From IMG/VR virus record IMGVR_UViG_3300012979_000036, positions 12,034-76,033 of that record: a DNA stretch of 64,000 nt. The stretch is one strand, 5' to 3'. Origin of the DNA: a virus. Its lineage: Duplodnaviria > Caudoviricetes. The notes beneath the pieces were generated by a model. The model searched no databases, had not been told where the DNA came from, and saw only the letters and a list, made by a program, of their open reading frames with translations. Shown here in pieces: positions 60,343 to 64,000 of the stretch. Both the position numbers and the translations under genes were made by a program. Position 1 is the first letter of the stretch, and the number at the start of each line of letters is the position of its first letter.

Positions 60343-60394
60343 TTAATACTCCTGCAAAGTTAAACATAAAATTTTAATTTTGCAAGAGTATTAA
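60343..60394. promoter_or_regulatory. 52-bp palindrome containing TAnnTTTG boxes on both strands
   Basis: Arms 60343-60364 and 60373-60394 match 20/22; TAACTTTG on - (60362-60355) and TAATTTTG on + (60375-60382). Confidence 0.65.
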
Positions 60395-60447
60395 TAATTT
60401 ATTTATTTTTAACTTTTACCTTGCGATTTCGATTTTCTTCATGATTA

Positions 60448-60636
60448 TTACTGTTTATTGATATTCTTCTTGTACGCAATGATTGTGCTGATGATGCCGA
60501 ATACGGCATTCATTGCTCCCGCTACGGTGTAGATATGCTCACCGCAATCGAATGCGTAGTTGATTGCTCCTGCCGAAGCGAGAATGAATGCTGCTACATA
60601 GACGAGCAGTCCGAATGTCATTACATACTTGTTCAT
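60448..60636 (-). CDS. Small two-TM membrane protein
   Basis: 62 aa, two hydrophobic helices, basic C-tail; GC-rich codon usage. Confidence 0.65.
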   Translation of the reverse strand: MNKYVMTFGLLVYVAAFILASAGAINYAFDCGEHIYTVAGAMNAVFGIISTIIAYKKNINKQ

Positions 60637-60656
60637 ATTACATCTGATTTAAGGGG

Positions 60657-62165
60657 TTAAACTTGAGTGTATGATTTGAATGTTACGCTGGTACCAGACA
60701 ACTCTGCTACCTTGTTATCGTTAGCCGTCGAAGATGGATAATAAGCAAACATTGGGAATCCTCCCATATTCGGATACGAAGAAGGGTAGCCGTTGTTTGC
60801 ATAAGCAGCATCGTAGTAGGTAAGTTGGATACCCACCATATATGGTGTTGTATCGCTTGGCGTTACAGACTGACCACTCCAAATATTATCGAGATAGAAA
60901 TAAAATCTCATCTGACCACCAGCATTTATAGTGTAATTATTTGTCAAAAGTGCAAGCGTAGGGCCATATACTTTAGGTGTGAGTATCTTTTTTGTGCTTG
61001 AGTTGTTATTGACCGTTACGACTACACGCACATTGTTAGGGTTAACAACCACACTTGCATTATTTGCAGCCACATTAGTAAGAGTTGCACTAAAGATAAA
61101 AGCACCTCGCGTTGAAGGAGCGTATTTATAGTGACCCGTTACCGTACCCGATGGAGAAGCGTCACGAAGGCTGACCATATTAGAGATTCCCGTACTTGTG
61201 TTATAACCAAAAACATCAGTGTACTCCGTCTGACCGATAAGAGGCTGGCTCAACTTCGCGAATGGGTCTGAGGTAGTATATTCCGAAACAGTTGTTGTTA
61301 TGGGATTAGGGTAAGCATCTGTAGACGGAAGCGGAATCGCGAGTTTCTTGGACTCGTTGTATGCAAAGAAGTAGCATCGTATGTTCGCGAAACGAGTGAG
61401 CATCGTACTTGGGATTTGCAAGTCGCATCCCACAGCGGATGCTTTTACGGACGATACTACAGCCTCTTGATAACCGACCGAAGTAGATGACCTGCCTCGC
61501 ACGAATATAGCAGCATAGACGAACTCATCGTTGAATATCGTCTTGAACATATTTTGCAAGTCAATGCTATTGCTATATGGATAGTTTGTCACTCCTGCTT
61601 TTGATGCATAAGCGTTCATAGCAATATCTTTGTCAATACTATAAATGAACGGACATGCAGCATTGTGGTCATATCCGTCAAAGTCACGAATTCGCTTGTA
61701 GCCACCACGCCTTGACCAAGGTGTCTTAGGCCAGTTTTTCCCATTAGAAGTGTAGTTTTCAATAACGCTGACGATTGTTTCTGTCTGATTGGCGAGTGTC
61801 TCGTCTGTATTAAGAGCAATCATAGGCACATCGAGTCCTGCAACTTCGAAATAACTATTGAGATAGCCTACTACATTGCCGTATTTACCTGTCCTATATT
61901 CTGGCGAGCCTTTATAAGCATTGCTATAATACCTTTCTACCGTGTAAGCGTTGTCGGTCACATCGTTTCCCGCACTATCCTTAAGAGGAACTGGCTTATA
62001 CATAGCCCACTTGTTGATACCCCTCGCTTGGCACATATCAGAGAGGTAATAACGACCATCATCTCTTGGGCCCACTCCGAGAAGCCCGCCTAAATCCTTA
62101 AGCAACTTACCGAGAGTCTCAGTATTGTTGTCGGCCATTGTAAATACTTTTCCGTTAATTGCCAT
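60657..62165 (-). CDS. Tail-fibre-associated / receptor-binding protein
   Basis: 502 aa, Thr/Asn/Tyr-rich beta-type sequence; N-terminal LLG...YLSDMC...INKWA.YKPV; follows the S74 fibre gene. Confidence 0.6.
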   Translation of the reverse strand: MAINGKVFTMADNNTETLGKLLKDLGGLLGVGPRDDGRYYLSDMCQARGINKWAMYKPVPLKDSAGNDVTDNAYTVERYYSNAYKGSPEYRTGKYGNVVGYLNSYFEVAGLDVPMIALNTDETLANQTETIVSVIENYTSNGKNWPKTPWSRRGGYKRIRDFDGYDHNAACPFIYSIDKDIAMNAYASKAGVTNYPYSNSIDLQNMFKTIFNDEFVYAAIFVRGRSSTSVGYQEAVVSSVKASAVGCDLQIPSTMLTRFANIRCYFFAYNESKKLAIPLPSTDAYPNPITTTVSEYTTSDPFAKLSQPLIGQTEYTDVFGYNTSTGISNMVSLRDASPSGTVTGHYKYAPSTRGAFIFSATLTNVAANNASVVVNPNNVRVVVTVNNNSSTKKILTPKVYGPTLALLTNNYTINAGGQMRFYFYLDNIWSGQSVTPSDTTPYMVGIQLTYYDAAYANNGYPSSYPNMGGFPMFAYYPSSTANDNKVAELSGTSVTFKSYTQV

Positions 62166-64000
62166 ATCTTAATCTCCTATTTTCCTCTTCTAATGATTTT
62201 ACTTTTCTCTCCAATTCCTTGATTCTTTCCTCGTGATTCACCGCCTTCTTAGCAAGGGAAATGCCGATTGCGACTCCAAGAGTAGAGTAGTCGAGAGTCT
62301 TGAAGTCCTCGCCTTTCACAAGCCAAGGAGTGACATTCTCCCAATACTGAGCAGAGCTACCGAGGTGTACTGAATCATCCTCTCTATCGTTCCACTTGAA
62401 GGTGAAGAGTGGTGCTTTGGCGATATGCTCAATCTTGATTGTCTTGTTCTTGATGATGTCCTTGAAACGGATGTCTGAACCCGATGAGGTGTCGCCGCTG
62501 AATATTCCGTTTACTGCATACACATTTCTCCATTGGACATTTGAAGCACCGAGGTCTATCAGTCCTGCATCATCGCCCCACGGACGGAAGCAGTTGGTTG
62601 TGAGGAAGAGCCTTGAACCCGCTGCACTTCCGTTGGCCACGATGTCGAGACCGCCCTCCGACTTGAGCAAAGGAGTAGTCACGGATGTGACCGCCTTGAT
62701 GGTGGTAGAGACATGCAGGGAGCCTCCGAGGTATGAGTTTCCGCTCACTTGGAACTTATAGTTTCCGCTCGGGGTTGTTCCGACTCCTACATACGAACCA
62801 TTGAGGATGACAATCGCGCCTGTCGAGTTCTGACCGATGTACATACTGCCGTATGAGCTTCCGTCCTCTTTGATATTGTATATGCGCGCGTAGTTGTCAG
62901 AGGTATATGATGTCAATCTGTATGCATTGTCCGACTGATAAATCATTGACATGCCTGATAGATAGCTGTTGCCCGACACACTCAGAGTGCTCGACATGGT
63001 GACTGCGCCTGTGAGACTAATCTTCCCACCATTGATAACCATATCGTTATCAGAAAGAGAGGATGACCAATATGAGCCTTTATAAAGTCCTGCGCTTCCG
63101 AGCAATACCTCATTTGCTTTGACACCTACGGAGAAGTTTCCAGTTCCATTCACATCCAACTTGTAACCTCCATCAGTCGCAGTACCTATGATGACATTGC
63201 CATCGCTTGTAATGGTCATTCTTCTTGTGGAATTGGTAGAGAAGCCCATGTCGTATGCGCCTGTTGCGTAGATATAGCTTACACCGCTCGAATTAACGCC
63301 AACCTGAATATCATTCACAGAGTTCTTTGCCATTAGGAATGTTCCATCACTTGTTGTTCTCGTAGCAGCTATGACACCATTCACATACAACTTGTAGTTT
63401 GTTGAAGCCAAATCACTACCACCGATGGTCACATTGCCAGAGGAGTTGAGAATGAGACCTGTACTTTGCGAATTGCTATATCTGAAATAGATAGTGCTTC
63501 CGTCAATATATGTTGGCAGACCAGCTTTTGCAGTACCATTTCCGACACGCGTCCAAGAACCAGAAGAATATATGAACTCTTGATTACTGATGTCAAATAA
63601 TCCCCCACTCACATTCCCCGTTCCATCAAATGACTGACCCCAGATGGTTCTTGCGGTTTGGAGCTTGGTAGCACTACCTGCGTTCTTACTTCCGATGTTA
63701 CCGCTATGGATGACAAGATTAGTTCCGAATGCCATATCAGTAGCATTCTCCCAAAGCAATCTTTTTGTACTACCATTGTACCAAACATTAGCAGAACCAC
63801 TACCATAGCCACTCCAAGCATTAATGCGTAGATACTGATTGAGAGTAAGGTTTCCTGTTATCGTTCCACCGCTCAAAGGCAGATACTTCCCGCTCACGAC
63901 ATCATCCGTGAACTGAGAGAGCTTCGTAGGTATCGTTCCCCAAGACACGTCTCCGCCCGTATCAATGAGATACCTTCCACCCGTCGAAGCACCGAGGGCA
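62155..64000 (-). CDS. Tail fibre with a C-terminal peptidase S74 intramolecular chaperone, 5'-truncated by the window edge
   Basis: Frame is open to the window end; ATKLQTARTIWGQSFDGT fibre motif, GNVxIG repeats, SDIRFK...W...GSSAQ...P.LV...LDY plus a C-terminal coiled coil. Confidence 0.85.
   Translation of the reverse strand, partial: ALGASTGGRYLIDTGGDVSWGTIPTKLSQFTDDVVSGKYLPLSGGTITGNLTLNQYLRINAWSGYGSGSANVWYNGSTKRLLWENATDMAFGTNLVIHSGNIGSKNAGSATKLQTARTIWGQSFDGTGNVSGGLFDISNQEFIYSSGSWTRVGNGTAKAGLPTYIDGSTIYFRYSNSQSTGLILNSSGNVTIGGSDLASTNYKLYVNGVIAATRTTSDGTFLMAKNSVNDIQVGVNSSGVSYIYATGAYDMGFSTNSTRRMTITSDGNVIIGTATDGGYKLDVNGTGNFSVGVKANEVLLGSAGLYKGSYWSSSLSDNDMVINGGKISLTGAVTMSSTLSVSGNSYLSGMSMIYQSDNAYRLTSYTSDNYARIYNIKEDGSSYGSMYIGQNSTGAIVILNGSYVGVGTTPSGNYKFQVSGNSYLGGSLHVSTTIKAVTSVTTPLLKSEGGLDIVANGSAAGSRLFLTTNCFRPWGDDAGLIDLGASNVQWRNVYAVNGIFSGDTSSGSDIRFKDIIKNKTIKIEHIAKAPLFTFKWNDREDDSVHLGSSAQYWENVTPWLVKGEDFKTLDYSTLGVAIGISLAKKAVNHEERIKELERKVKSLEEENRRLRYGN

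Noticed and set aside
1-64000. Stop-codon reassignment (TAG=Gln or TGA=Trp), known in some crAss-like phages
   Set aside because: Long ORFs tile both arms under the standard code. The three broken genes are fully explained by group I introns, and TGA is used as a coupled stop (e.g. 58211).
1-64000. CRISPR array, tRNA genes, DGR (RT plus TR/VR) or invertase
   Set aside because: No direct-repeat/spacer array, cloverleaf, reverse transcriptase or recombinase noticed by eye. The 60343 palindrome has only an 8-nt spacer, too short for an inverton. tRNAscan/CRT were not run.

Overview
AT-rich (~30% GC) segment of a lytic crAss-like phage genome (Crassvirales). The gene order of the capsid, ring, muzzle and cargo block plus a family-A DNA polymerase resembles the PhiCrAss001-type (beta/Steigviridae) group, and repeated TAnnTTTG promoter boxes point to a Bacteroidota host. 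The + strand (1-29.2 kb) carries nucleases, an amidoligase, a class III RNR module, dUTPase, PolA, GroEL, GMPR/IMPDH, ThyX, the giant virion RNA polymerase and a second giant virion protein. The - strand (64 to 29.3 kb) carries a GC-rich tail-fibre cassette, lysis genes, an unknown 4-gene operon, scaffold/major capsid, ring proteins, muzzle and cargo proteins. The two arms meet at a bidirectional terminator at ~29.25 kb. The ORF track misses four group I introns that can be folded by eye: one in a PD-(D/E)xK nuclease (LAGLIDADG ORF in the P1 loop), two in the virion RNAP (one with an HNH ORF and a possible omega-A, one splitting the catalytic DFDV|D motif) and one in a glycine-zipper gene on the - strand. 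Other notable points: promoter-in-hairpin switches at both intron endonucleases, terminal cysteines and xxGG motifs in cargo proteins, palindromic promoters and a mini FTR gene inside the nrdDG operon. Standard genetic code. No tRNA or CRISPR array seen. All calls come from manual motif, synteny and base-pairing inspection; no database searches were run.
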